From contig JAQGDQ010001579.1 in the NCBI GenBank assembly GCA_030141605.1, positions 1 through 33,943 of the forward strand: 33,943 nucleotides of DNA, given 5' to 3'. Origin of the DNA: Tubiluchus corallicola. Lineage: Eukaryota > Animalia > Priapulida. This document shows, one piece after another, positions 12,165-25,177 of this stretch. The position numbers and the translations under genes are program-made. Every line of letters starts with the position of its first letter. Position 1 is the first letter of the stretch. The notes below the pieces were generated by a model. That model worked only from the letters and a program-made list of their open reading frames with translations. It did no database searches and was not told the DNA's origin.

Positions 12165-12736
12165 ATTTTCTGTGACATGGTTAATGAAAAACGCGTATAA
12201 TCAGATAAGACACTTTAATTATTGAAATGCCAACATTTTAATGCATTTTCATAATAAATATTCGCTTAACGTTACGTAAACTTCGTTGTTTACGTTAAAT
12301 TTAACGGTGTTTACCTGACCCCACGCGTTGTGTACATTCCGATCTGGCCTAATGTCACGGCACCGGTTTTAGAATGTTAATGAGAATTTTTGAAACCCAA
12401 ATTACCCCCCGTTTTATCATTGATCTGTTTTAATTGAGAAAATTGGCCAGACAAAACTTGTAAGAAAAACTTGCATAAACTGGGTTGTTAAATCGTTTTA
12501 AACATTTCCTACCCTGGATTACCCGGGAAATGTCCTAAAACAGTTTTCCATGTGAATAGTTGGCGTGTTGATCTTGCATTTTGCATAAAAGGCTACAAAC
12601 TAGAATGAGTTGATATATTTGAAAATTTATGAAAGTTATTTTTGAGCGCGCTGTACAAAAGACGCTGATTTTTTTTTTAGCTGAAGTAAATTACATCTAA
12701 TGGATGGACGGACGAACGCACGAACGAATAAATATT

Positions 12737-13083
12737 TCATCAAAATCAGCATTATTCTGTGTTGTTTAAGCTGTTTCCATAGATGCACTTTTGGGCCAAT
12801 ACAAATACAGAGGTTCATCAAAATCAGCATTATTCTGCGTTGCTTTAGCTTTTTCCATAGTTGCACTTTTGGGCCGCGCTGTACTTGTATACAAATACAG
12901 AGGCTCATCAAAATCAGCATTATTCTGTGTTGCTTAAGCTAACTCCATAGTTGCACTTTTGGGCCACGCTGTACTTGTATACAAATACAGAGGTTCATCA
13001 AAATCAGCATTATTCTGCGTTGCTTCAGCTGTTTCCATAGTTGCACTTTTGGGCCTCGCTGTACTTGTATGCACATACAGAGG
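12737..13083. repeat. 90-bp tandem repeat, 4 copies (first carries a deletion)
   Basis: TCATCAAAATCAGCATTATTCTG at 12737, 12815, 12905, 12995. Confidence 0.93.
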
Positions 13084-13734
13084 CCTCTGTGTTAACCCGT
13101 GCGCCACTGTATGACAAGAATTCCATTCATACCACCTTGCATAGGGACGGATACACTGTTCAAATCTTTTCTCTGCCTTTCAACTGTTTTTTGTTCGGTC
13201 TATTCAGGTTTTTAAACGAAAGGTTTGGTATTTATGTTTGCCCAAAGAGTTTCGCTTTGTCAATGGCCGCGAGAGGGCGGGACTACTACTAGCATGCCAA
13301 CTTTTGTGCAGGTTCCATGGGAATTTTTCAAAATGGTGGGGCTGAGTGATCTTGGCCGTGCTTTGCGCATGTTTCAATGTCTCCAAGATGTTCTCCTGCA
13401 TTATTTAAATCTTTCTTGATTGGTTTTGTTACTGTCAGGATTAAAATGAGAGCTTGGTTATAAATAATAGGTGATGAAGTGGAAAAGCTGGTTACAAAAT
13501 GGGTAAAAGCTGTCGAGCGAGTTGAGATTGTAGATAATTGTAAATTATGCAATCTTAAGTGTGAGAATCTGTCAAAGCTGAGCGGTACTCTTCATGTTTG
13601 TTTAAGCGCGTGAGTCTAAATTCAATTCATTTCAATTCAATTCACGCTTCTTTTTTAAAGCTCATTTTAAAAATTTAAAATATACATATAAACTGTACGT
13701 AGAAAAACTATAAATACAATATCGCTGACTATCA

Positions 13735-14570
13735 AGATGCTGATGACGATGATGATAATGGTGGTGGTGATGATAGCGATGATGATGATGGTGGTGGTGA
13801 TAGTGGTGATGATGGTGGTGATAGTGGTGATGGTGGTAATGATGGTGATGTTGGTGATGATGATGGTGATAGTGGTGGTGGTGGTTATGATGATAATGTT
13901 GTTGGTGATGATGGTGATGTTGATGATGGCAATGGTGATTATGGTGATTGTGATAGTAGTGATGATGGTGATGGTGATGATGGTGGTGATGGTGATAGTG
14001 GTGATGATGGTAGTGGTGATAGTGGTGATGCTGGCGACGATGGTAATGGTGATGATCATGGTGATCGCGATGATGATGGTGATCGCGATGATGATGATGA
14101 TTGAGGCAGTGGCGATGTCATTGATGCTGTTGCTATTGGTATCAGTGGTGATGATGGTTATGGTGACGCCGATGCTAGTAACAATGATAGTAATGGTGGT
14201 GATGGTGAAGGTGACAATGTGAAGAAGAAAAAGAAGATCAGCAACAACGGCTGTAACAGCAATGATATCATCATAATAATTTTTACAGCGTAATACATGA
14301 GTAATGTAAAACCTTAGTTCAAGTGTCTGAAAAATGAGATTAATTACTAGTGCCAGTCCAGAAAACTTTTGAAATTAGGGTGGCAGTGGTGGTGGTGGTT
14401 GTGATGATAATAATGATGACGTTGACAGTGGTGGTTATTGCGATGATGGTGGTGATGATGATGATGATGACAGTCATGTTGATGGTGACGCTGATAAAGA
14501 TAATAGCATGGAGAAAAGCACAATGACAGCAGCAGCAACAGCGACAGTATCATAATAATCATTTTAATAA
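13735..14570. repeat. Degenerate (GAT/GGT)n trinucleotide microsatellite tracts
   Basis: Low complexity; produces the Met/Val- and Ile/Thr-rich ORFs. Confidence 0.95.
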
Positions 14571-14979
14571 TGTAATTAACATCATAATAATGTAATTTAT
14601 TTAACAGGCTAATTTAACAGCAACTTAGTTCAAATGTTAAAAATGAGATTTATTACAAGTTTCAGTCCTGAATAAGTTTTCTTTTATTTTTTTGAAATTA
14701 CGTTTCTTAAACTAACACGAGTCTGAAGGTATGGACTTTTTTTGCTCACCATCGACTTTGTCACTGTAATCTGTTATTGTCTCACCTGCCCGGATCGAGT
14801 TTTTGCTAATCCGCCGCTTACGTGCCGAATCATGCTAACCACAGAGTCGTCGTGTTTTTCTTCTTTATTATTTACTCAATACTTTTCTTGTTTGTTCGGT
14901 TTAAAGCGAAATTTCTGTGAAGCGAGAGGTGCTCTCTAGTTCCAGTTCTTGGTGGTGTTGAGACAGATTTCACTGAGTC

Positions 14980-15545
14980 ATCGTTGTTGCATTTTCGTTC
15001 TCCTTACCTCTACTGCTGATGCATTTAAAATTCTCCTGTTTTTTCTAAAAAATGTAGTTGTCGTTGTTGCATTTTCGATGTCCTTACCTCTACTGCTGGT
15101 GCATTTAAAATTCTTGGTACAGAACTGCACTCCTGTTTTTTCTAAAAAAATGTAGTTGTCGTTGTTGCATTTTCGATCTCCTTACCTCTAGTGTTGGTGC
15201 ATTTAAAATTCTTGGTACAGAACTGCACTCCTGTTTTTTCTAAAAAAATGTAGTTGTCGTTGTTGCATTTTCGATGTCCTTACCTCTACTGCTGGTGCAT
15301 TTAAAATTCTTGGTACAGAACTGCACTCCTGTTTTTTCTAAAAAATGTAGTTGTCGTTGTTGCATTTTCGATGTCCTTACCTCTACTGCTGGTGCATTTA
15401 AAATTCTTGGTACAGAACTGCACTCCTGTTTTTTTTCTAAAAAATGTAGTTGTCGTTGTTGCATTTTCGGTTTCCTTTTCTCTTGTGCTGCTGCTTTTAA
15501 AATTCTTGGTACAGAACTGCACTCCTGTTTTTTCTCTAAAAAAAT
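14980..15545. repeat. ~98-bp tandem repeat, about 6 copies
   Basis: TCGTTGTTGCATTTTCG near 14980, 15061, 15159, 15257, 15354, 15453. Confidence 0.95.
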
Positions 15546-15682
15546 GAAGTTTTAAAGCACATCAGAACAATCAGTTTATTGTAGCTGTGCACCTGCATTT
15601 TAAGAATTTTAATTTTATTTGCCAAGTAGTTAGGGGGTGCTGTATAAATAAGCTGTAAAATTAGCCCTTTATATCTTTCGTT

Positions 15683-15853
15683 TTACGCAGTTTTATTAAA
15701 CAACAGTGGCACTGTGATTGAACCTTGCTTGACTCCTGTTTTTATTTTCTGGATGAAATGGTAACATTTGCCTTTCTCATGCGTGAATTTTCCATTTCCT
15801 TTTCTTAGAAGTTCTTTGATATTAAGATTTTTTATATTGTACTGCTTACACTG
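15683..15853 (-). pseudogene. Degenerate non-LTR reverse transcriptase relic
   Basis: Minus frame ...IKELLRKGNGKFTHEKGKCYHFIQKIKTGVKQGSITVPLLFN..*, resembling the GV(R/K)QGxxLSPLLFN RT motif; no YADD seen. Confidence 0.5.
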
Positions 15854-16172
15854 TCACTGAGAGACAGTATTTTTGGTCAAATTAATTGGGAAGTTATAAC
15901 CAATGAACATCTCTTTAAAGGAAAACTGGAGATTGTGTAGGCATGAGTTCAAAATAAAGAATGCTGTAAAATATTGAAAACTACAATAACTTTTTTAAAA
16001 TCAAAGCTTAGATTAAATAATAATTACCTCGGATACTCAAATTTCGTTAAGCTTTCAAAGCTACGCGCGGCTCAGTGAATCTACTAAGATAGGCAGCGGC
16101 GCCTTTATGTTACGTGCGCGTGGCCGACAAATAGAAGGCGGTACCGTGATAAGCATGATCATGAGCTGCAGT

Positions 16173-16438
16173 GTTAGTTTCTGACGTCATATGATGTAAA
16201 GCCCATTTTTCGTGACATCACGCGTTTAAACAGTACTGTAACACTTACGCAAACGTGCTTGATGCGCAATGGAAGACGTCCGCCATTGCACAAACTGTGG
16301 TTAGTTTCTGACGTCATGTGACGTAGAGCCCATTTTCGAGACATCATGCTATAAAACAGTACTGTAACACTTACGCAAACGTGCTAGATGCGCAAGGGAA
16401 GACGGCTGCCATTGCACAAACTGTGGTTAGTTTCTGGC
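16173..16438. repeat. ~127-bp tandem duplication (about 2.1 units)
   Basis: GTTAGTTTCTG at about 16173, 16300, 16426; the two full units carry TGACGTCA. Confidence 0.9.
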
Positions 16439-16619
16439 GTAAGCAATAGCTGTGTTCGGTTGCCGTTAATTAACCTTCTAAGCTGATTATTCAAATATAA
16501 GGAACAATGGTTAACTTTTATAGGCAAGAAAATGTATATTTTGGACAGTAAATTAAAATGAGACTGAGTCTACAATCGTCCGGTCTTCCTTTAACAAGGC
16601 CTAATTTGATCAACAGTAT

Positions 16620-17360
16620 ACTATGAACTATGAACTATGAATTTATTTTCACACATCAAAATACAATATTGTACACATTAATAAACAATAAATAAAATGA
16701 TTTGAGCAGTGTGAGGTGAGTGTACGACCATACGGTCATTAACACACTCACCTGACTTAAATGAAAAAATTATTGAAGTTATGCGTGCTTTTGTAGATGA
16801 CCTAATGTAATTGATGTAACAATAGCAAGGAAACAGAAGGAAAACATAATATGTAATTACGATTTTGATATAGGCTGCGATGAATGAATAATTTCATTTA
16901 AATTGATTTATAGCTTTTACTAATAAAGTAACAAAAGTCGTAATGATACCTATTAGTAAAAGAAAAACATTAGTGCAAAAAGACACACGTGCACAAAAAA
17001 GAGAAAACACCTCTTCTATGGTTTTCTATGCCAATGAATACTTACTAAGTAAAAATATCTTATATTGTTTGGTAGCTATTTTTAAAGAAGGAGAGGAAAT
17101 GATTGTATTGGGTACACTATTCATAGTATACCTTCTTGCACCCAAGGTTGTGCAGGTCTTTGCATTGCGAGGACAGCAATTTGCATCATAATGAAAGTTT
17201 CTGAATTGCTAATCACTTCAATTGCAGTTCTATGGCTTCCAGTCACGTTAATGAAACATTTCATTAAGTGAACGAGACAGGCTTCAAATAATGTGTGTGG
17301 TATCTAACCGGTAGTGTTTGGAAATTACTGCATATTTTATACATATAATTCGGGTTACAC
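16620..17360 (-). mobile_element. Old L2/Crack-like LINE 3' portion
   Basis: (CTATGAA)3 tail + TTTATT; hairpin AGGTGAGTGT..GACCatacGGTC..ACACTCACCT; minus frame GARRYTMNSVPNTIISSPSLKIATKQYKIFLLSKYSLA* (stop 17026) and upstream YMYKICSNFQTLP resemble the L2-group ORF2 C-terminus. Confidence 0.7.
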
Positions 17361-17799
17361 ACTTTCTGTTGTGACAGAATTTTGGAAAAAAAACTACAAA
17401 AGTAACACGGTCTTAGGACTATATGCAAAGCGTTTCTATGCGACTTTTTCATTCAAAACGTTTTCACGAAGAACACGTCTTTGATATGTCCGTTCGGCAA
17501 CCAAAATTCAGGCGGTATTTATGTGTAGCTTACTGTATGTTAGCCCGGGGGAGTGAAAGAAAATAAGATGCCGATATTTGGTACATGTCTTCTCCACCTT
17601 AATTCACGCTAAGTTAAGTCTGGGTAGTGTTCTGTGTCTGTGCGATGTAGTCGGTCAGTAGAATGAGAACTTGGTCAGTGTGATTCACCATGTGCCTGCC
17701 TGCCTGAGAAGGGGAAAGCGAGTCAGAGAGAAGGGAAGTTAGAGGAGAGAGGAGCAGAGGTGATGATGAAGGAGAGATGAAAACAGAGGGTGATGGCAG

Positions 17800-18004
<205 letters not shown>

Positions 18005-18432
18005 AAAATGCTTTTCAAAATATGTTCTTATTCATTTGAGCTGCTAGCACTTGTTAGACGTTCATAGGAATGGATGCTGACAGGTTGCTTAGCTGCTCTG
18101 CATTCATTCAGTCACTGCTCACGCTGGGAGTTTAATATCTATTCCCAGGAGGTGCGTGGAATCCATTCTTCAGACTATGTTGGCTCTTAATGGGAATTAT
18201 CTAACATCAGCAGGAGTTAATCTCATCTTGTAATTACCAGTTTCATAGCTTCACATTCATTAACGTTATTAACGCCAGAATTCATTTGCACTGCTGCAAA
18301 TTGCATCGTGCTGTACGACGCAACGGTTCTACGTTTATTCCTAAACGAGTGGACATGATTACCTGCGATGTAAATCAGGAATTATAATTCGTCTGATGAA
18401 ATTTTGCAGTTTCTTTATATTTTTATAGATAT

Positions 18433-18520
18433 GTTAGTTTAAACATAAATTATTATAGGATTGGATCAGACAGTTTAACAACATAATTTAGGATCCTCAC
18501 CACAGCAAACTATATACACT
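18433..18520 (-). mobile_element. Third, very short 3' end of the 5340 LINE family
   Basis: GTTAGTTTAAACATAA..TAGGATTGGATCAGACAGTTT..GGATCCTCACCACA. Confidence 0.85.
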
Positions 18521-18531
18521 GAATGAAATCC

Positions 18532-18766
18532 TGAAATCCAGCAGTTACGTCATAATTTTGAAGCGAATATCAGCTCCCAATGCGCCTGCGTGAAATCCAC
18601 CAGTTACGTCATAATTTTGAAGTGAATATCAGCTCCCAACGCGCATGAGTGAAATCCACCAGTTACGTCATAATTTTGAAGTGAATATCAGCTGCCAATG
18701 TGCCTGAATGAAATCCACCAGTTACGTCATAATTTTGGAGTGAATGGCGGCTGCCAATGCGCCTGC
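18532..18766. repeat. 59-bp tandem repeat, 4 copies
   Basis: TGAAATCCAsCAGTTACGTCATAATTTTG at 18532, 18591, 18650, 18709. Confidence 0.93.
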
Positions 18767-19057
18767 AAATGTTTGCACGGCTGTAGTATAAACTAACTTT
18801 TTAGACATTTTTTGACAAATTTGTTTGTTATATTTTTCCAAGTTTAAGTGATAGGAGTAAAGTAAACCCATCATCCTAAGTGGCTGTCTTTTCCTTTAAT
18901 TTTGTGACTGGCACGCGTCTAACTCGTAATGTGTCACATTTTTGCTTGCATAGTTCATACGTGTCGTTGATGTAGATATATATATTTACGTCCTTAAAAT
19001 AATCAGGATATAGCTATGATGCATTATAAGGTCTTGACTATAACTAAGTGCGCATGC

Positions 19058-19599
19058 GGGTTTATTGGTGTGATGGTGGTCATTGCATTGGAAGAGTTAA
19101 TATGTACCTGTATCACATTCACATTAATCTCATTGCAGTAAGAGTGGCTGTGGGCGTGATGTGTGTTTGATGTGTTCGTCGTTTGATTGGTCGCAGGTTT
19201 TGCTGTGCGTTCCCCCTTCGTCTACCCAATATGCTGCTGAATTCAACGAAACGACTGACTGACCAACTAGTCAACCAACTCGCCGACAACCAATAACCAA
19301 GCTGATTCAGTCAGTGAGTCAGTCAGTGAGCGTTCGGGTTTGTTGGTGTGATGGTGGTCGTTGCATTGGAAGAGTTAATATGTACCTGCATAGCATTCAC
19401 ATAACCTCATTGTAGCTCCACTTATAAACGAAACTGTGGCACGGAGTGTGGTGGGTGGGACATGTTCATTGGACTGGCCGCTCTCCTGCGCTTTTCCCTC
19501 AATATGCCGTGTATTCAACGAAACCACTTACCAACGACTGACTGACTGACTGACTAGTCAACCAACAACCAATCTGAATCGGTCAGTCAGTCAGTGAGC
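19058..19599. repeat. Diverged ~277-bp tandem duplication ending in (GACT)n..(AGTC)n inverted tracts
   Basis: CGGGTTTrTTGGTGTGATGGTGGTCrTTGCATTGGAAGAGTTAATATGTACCTG at 19058 and 19335. Confidence 0.85.
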
Positions 19600-19667
19600 T
19601 ACTTCACCTGTAACTAAGCCCCCAAAAGCTAATCTTTTGCTAAAAACTGACAAACTAGAAGGAAGAA

Positions 19668-19705
19668 CTACAGATCATTCCAAATGTTTAGAACTCTGTT
19701 ATTGC
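19668..19705 (-). pseudogene. Possible CR1-type ORF2 C-terminal relic
   Basis: Minus frame NNRVLNIWNDL* resembles NRVVNxWNxL; very short. Confidence 0.3.
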
Positions 19706-19827
19706 ATTGTCCTAGTTCATGAGAACTTTGTGATCTGTGCATGTCTACTTTTGATGCCTAATTTTTGTGAAAGCCGAATTTATTTGGCCTTTTGACAATA
19801 AATTACTACTATTATTACTACTGCTAA

Positions 19828-19990
19828 ACATAGACATTGACATAGACATTTATTTTCTCCAAATGTGTCACAAATTTCCATTTTACGACAAAATAACTTT
19901 TTCCGTGGAGATGGGGCGAGGAAAGACCGTAGGTCATCTAGTCACTGACCCCTTATAATTTAATATTGTAATAGCAGAAAAAAGAATTGA
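19828..19990 (-). mobile_element. L2-group LINE 3' end related to 11461
   Basis: ACATAGAC tail + ATTTATTTTCTCCAA; GACCgtaGGTCATCTAGTC hairpin core. Confidence 0.6.
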
Positions 19991-21538
19991 TGACACTGGA
20001 TAAGTTTATAAGTTTATAAGTATATTTATTTCTACTCTGCATCTAACAATTATAATAAAAATACAGATAATTTCACTGAAGTAAATATAAATATAAATGC
20101 AATATAATCCAGAAATTACAAAATGCAGTATATACATGTGCAAATTAAATTACAGAGTCATTTTGATGCATACAGTTTGAGCCTAAAAGCGTAGCTTGAC
20201 AGGCCAAACTGTACGTGGAAATCTTAAAGAAATGATTAATAATTGAGATAATGATAATATATACATAAATGTGGGAGGGGGAGTAGTGAATGAAAGATGA
20301 AATGGAGCGAGAACTAAGAAGAACTGTGTTCATGATTACAAAGTGTTCAGTAACCTGTTGAGCGTTTTATTAACATTACTGTGGAAAAAGAATGCAGGTG
20401 ATTATCAAACTGTGTTACTCTCAATACTTTTGAAATATTTCTTTTCTGGCGGTTTTTTAAAGTTGAAAGGGAGTGACTACATTTTGAATTGCGGCTTAGT
20501 CTAACGGATGCAATTATTGTTAATTACTCAAATAAAATAATCAAAATAAAGCAATAACAAAAAGAAAAATATAAAAACAAACATAACAACAATAGCATAA
20601 GTGAAAAAAGAGTAATAATAATAAATGAAGATGATGAGTAAGTATCACAATAATTAGTTACGAATAAAATGATAATAATGCACAGTTGTACAGTGATCAG
20701 TAGGTTTCATGACGGGCCTGGGCACGTGTGAAATGTGAACATTCGCAGTCTTGCAAATTGACATGCCTAAGCAACATTCGGTTGACACTCATTGCTTCCA
20801 GGATTTCTCGACTCTGCATCAGCTTGGTCCTTGAAACGCTTCAAGATCTACTAATATGAAATTCCGTGGCGAATTTTCGCCATTCAAATCTCCATCTCCC
20901 GTCGTGTTCAATATTCGAAATTTCGCCGAGAGAGCTCTCGGCGGAGAGGTTTTGCGCGGGAATTAATGCCGCGCGAATCGCGAGCTGGCTCGGTAATGGA
21001 CGGAGCTTGTAGCGGCGGGTTTCCGAGAATGGCTCTACCGGTGAGAGAATCATTTAGAGGACGGTCAACACTCGATTGTTGATGGTTTTTTAAGCCGCCG
21101 ATTGTGCTGTGGAAATTAAAATCACGGCGACTGAGCTCGATGAAGCCAAGTTTAATGGATGTATGGGTGGCGGACGCTAGGCGTCGCGGCGGGGACGCGA
21201 GCAATGAAGCCGTTACTCTCTCGGCTTGTGGTACTTCCTATTTACAATGATTATACAATGCGCATTTTTGCGCCACCTAGATATATTGCAGTTTGTGCTG
21301 AGCACCCGTTGGCTGGATCCGCCTCCGCTGTGTAATAAATTGTAGGGAAATATAATGGGCGGCAAGTTATGGCGGAAATTAAAGGCGCTAAGGCACTAAA
21401 GCCTGAAATTATTGAATGTATGCAGAATGTGTTCTGTTGTTGTGGAAAATTACCAAACAATAAACGCGAATGTTGCAGCTAAAGTTTAATTTTTGCTAAA
21501 ACGCTGAGTAGGTGCTCGCACGTTTTATTTTCGGTTTA

Positions 21539-21640
21539 CAGTTAATCTCGGATATAAGGTACTCGCTTATAAGGACATTCGCTTATAAGGGACCACCAAC
21601 ACTGGTCCCAATTTTTCATGACGTTTTTCCTATGAAAGCA
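21539..21640 (+). mobile_element. Orphan left end of the pogo/Tigger-like MITE family
   Basis: TA|CAGTTAATCTCGGATATAAGG.. parallels the 21703 terminus. Confidence 0.7.
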
Positions 21641-21702
21641 AAAACAGAACAGCTTAGTAACATATCTAAATTGTCAACCAAAAACAGTCGAGTGAAAATA
21701 TA

Positions 21703-22527
21703 CAGTCAACTTCGGGTATAACGTACTCGCTTATAAGAGACAGTCGCTTATAAGGTACCACCAACACCGGTACAGATTTTTCGTAATGTTTTTCCTATGT
21801 AAACATCTTCGTACATAAGGTACTCGGATATAGGGGACTTTCGGTTATAAGGGACGAAATCTTCAGGTCCCGCTTAATAGAAACCCAGGTAAATTACCTC
21901 GCATATAAGGGACACTTGCTTATAAGTGACCACCAACACCGGTACAGATTTTTCGTAGCGTTTTTCCTATGTAAACATCTTCGTACATAAGGTACTCGGA
22001 TATAGGGGACTTTCGGTTATAAGGGACGAAATCTTCAGGTCCCGCTTAATAGAAACCCAGGTAAATTACCTCGCATATAAGGGACACTTGCTTATAAGTG
22101 ACCACCAACACCGGTACAGATTTTTCGTAGCGTTTTTCCTATGTAAACGTCTTCGTACATAAGGTACTCGGTTATAAGGGACGAAATCTTCAGGTCCCGC
22201 TTAATAGAAACCCAGGTAAATTACCTCTCATATAAGGGACCCTATGATCAAAGCGAGATTGAACGATTTCTAACCTCAGTTTTTCACAAACTCGACCTTC
22301 GAACAGCTCGGTTTCCGCGGTCACATACATCTCGCATCACTGAGGGAGCTTCCTACATACCGTTTGCACTGAATGTGTAGCAATAATCCATAAAAATATG
22401 GGTAAAAGTACAGAAAAGTACAAGTCTAGATACACCCTCAGTCTGACTCAACTTCGGCTATAAGGAACATGGATCTAAGGGACGGTTTTTCCGGTCCCGA
22501 GGTGTCCCTTATATCCGAGGTTGACTG
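21703..22527 (+). mobile_element. Tc1/mariner (pogo/Tigger-like) MITE with internal ~172-bp tandem units
   Basis: TA TSD (21701-2, 22528-9); TIR CAGTCAACTTCGGGTATAA / TTATATCCGAGGTTGACTG; repeated TATAAGGGAC motifs; ACCACCAACACCGG at about 21757, 21930, 22101. Confidence 0.88.
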
Positions 22528-23038
22528 TATTTTTATTTTCCCAGTATCATGTTACACATTCTTTTCTAGTTTGCAAAACAATTTTCATATCTTTGGCTGG
22601 TTAGAATAGAGTTATTTTTGCTGATTTTTCGTAATGAAAGTTTTACATAGTAAGCCTCTCGCGTGTTTGAAGAACAGCCAGGCGATTACAACATGCGCTT
22701 AGCGACCAAAGTTAAGCAATGCTTGGTCTGTTCAGTAAATGAATGGGAGGCCACGAGATTCGTTACTGCTTCTGGGCGGCTTCGTTCTTGCCGCTTCTCC
22801 CTTTGGCTGCACCATGTATTCACTTTCCGAAAGTGGCGAAGACTCAAGCGTCCGCACTAATGTCTCCTCTTACGAGATTAGTAAGCTAAGTAGTGGTCCT
22901 ACCACAGGCTTCTTGCTGAATTCCGACGTGCTGGAACTGCATTATTAAAAAACACGATGTTTGAAATTCATTGAAGGTTCGAAGTGTATTTTTTCTCTCA
23001 AAATCTGATTTATTAGTGGTAAGTTTCTTTGATGTAAG

Positions 23039-23230
23039 GATGATGATGATGATGGCGATGATGTTGTCTATGATGATGATGATGATGATGATGATGACGA
23101 TGATGATAATCATGATGATGATGATGATGACGATTATGATGATGACGACAATGGTGATAATGACGACGACGATGACGATGACGATGATGATCATAATAAT
23201 CATGATGATGATGAGGAGGATGAGCATGAT
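23039..23230. repeat. (GAT/GAC)n microsatellite bracketed by a 38-bp direct repeat
   Basis: 22975-23012 equals 23239-23276 with one mismatch. Confidence 0.9.
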
Positions 23231-23550
23231 ATATTTGGAGGTTCGAAGTGTATTTTTTCTTTCAAAATCTGATTTACCAAGGTACGCCAGATCGCGTCGT
23301 CATTGTCGAATGTTTTTGCTTCAATTTGACACCATTTGGTCGCATTTTCCCGCAACAAGGTACGCGCTTGAACGCCAACGTATTTCTTTTGTACCAATGG
23401 CAGAGGTCTATAATTAAAAAATTGTCAGATTATTCATGCGTGTGCGGCGTACATGCGCGTGTAATTTGTGCGTACGTGCGTGACGCCCTCTCGCGCTGTA
23501 ACTTGGCAAAATTCGAAGAATTTTCGGAAAAAACGTTCAATGGAAAAAGC

Positions 23551-24165
23551 CGTCCCTTATATCAGACGTCCCCCTATAGCCGAAGTTGAGTCAGACCGAG
23601 GGTGTATCTAGACCTGCACTTTTCTGTACTTTTACGCATATTTTTATGGATTATTGTTACACATTCAGTGCAAACGGTATGTAGGAAGCTCCTTCAGTGA
23701 TGCGAGATGTATGTGACTGCGGAAACCGAGCTTTTCGAAGGTCGAGTTTGCGAAAAATTGAGGTTAAAAATCGATCAATTTCGCTTTGATCATAGGGTCC
23801 CCTTATATGCGAGGTAATTTACCTGGGTTTCTATTATGTGGGACCTGAAGATATCGTCCCTTATATCCGAAAGTCCTTTATATCCGAGAGTGTTATATAC
23901 GAAGATTTTTACATAGGAAAAACGTTACGAAAAATCGGTACCGGTGTTGATAGTCACTTATATGCGAGGTAATTTACCTGGGTTTCTGTTAAGCGGGACC
24001 TGAAGATTTCGTCCCTTATAACCGAAAGTCGTCCCCTATATCCGAGTACCTTCTGTAGGAAGATTTTTACATAGGAAAAACGCTACGAAAAATCGCTACC
24101 GGTGTTGGTGGTCACATATAAGCAAGTGTCCCTTATATGCGAGGTAATTTACCTGGGTTTCTATT
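23551..24165 (-). mobile_element. Inverted, terminally truncated copy of the 21703-22527 MITE
   Basis: Reverse complement of the internal sequence (for example TATAGCCGAAGTTGAGTCAGAC versus GTCTGACTCAACTTCGGCTATA). Confidence 0.9.
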
Positions 24166-25059
24166 ACGTTTAATGAACGCCCTAAGTTTGATATAAAAGT
24201 TACTAGCACAATCACACATTGTAATTTTGTTGTTTTTGTCATAACAATCCGTTTCATTTTTATGCTCTGCTTGCCTCGAACTCTGATTTTTGGTTATTTG
24301 CAAAGCAGGTGGTGTTTCATCAGGTCTCTTACTAAGACGTAAACGGAATCGTATATATTAATTTTATTAATTTTGCTGGTATATATATATATATATATGT
24401 ATATAAGATTCGAGGCTACAGCTCGGACGACGGCACCATTTGTGGCGATCTATACATCAAACGAAAAGTCTCGATCTAGTGTCGTGCCATTGGGGGTTTA
24501 TTTTTCGAATCGGGCCCACCGGGAGGAACGGGGAGCAAAAAACCTTCAAAAATGGTCATTTTTCGGCCGTTTTTTGCAAAAGATACCTCGTATTTCTGAA
24601 GAACGGGAACGGGTGGGTGTAGTAGGAGTTCTTTATTATTTCATACAATTTCTAACTGTGGCATTGGAAGATTTTGTGGGTATCTAAAATTCTTCGTAAA
24701 GGCGACATCTATAGGTGAAATACATTAATAATTTATGAAATGCGCTCGAGTTCGTTTCTTTGTAAGCAATAAATCATCCTACTGGATTTATATTTGATTA
24801 CGAATAAATAAATTACGTGCAATAAATTTCACAAGGAAGAAAGTATTTGTGGTATGTATTGTTTACATTACAACTGATTTATTCTTGGACAATGGAAATG
24901 GAGATGGTGTAATTTGGAAAATGTAAAAGAATATTATTACCCCCAGTGAGTCTCGAACTCTCGATAACGTCTTCAATTCTCTGCACATATTCAGCTGCTT
25001 TTTTTTTCAAAATTCCAAGATAGCCGCTTCCTTTCTCCCCTTTCTCTCTTCCTCTATAT

Positions 25060-25103
25060 GCCTCTTTTTAATCCTCTTCTGTCTCTTTCTCTTCTCTTCT
25101 CTT

Positions 25104-25177
<74 letters not shown>

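Noticed and set aside
13667-14562. Met/Val-, Ile/Thr- and His-rich ORFs (likewise 22886-23417, 29651-30230 and the ER/LS-repeat ORFs)
   Set aside because: Microsatellite translations.
22739-22948. 69-aa ORF in the spacer between the inverted MITEs
   Set aside because: No homology recognised and no supported exon structure.
24395-24725. Possible Helitron-like 5' end following a TA tract
   Set aside because: No TC start or CTAG/hairpin 3' end identified.
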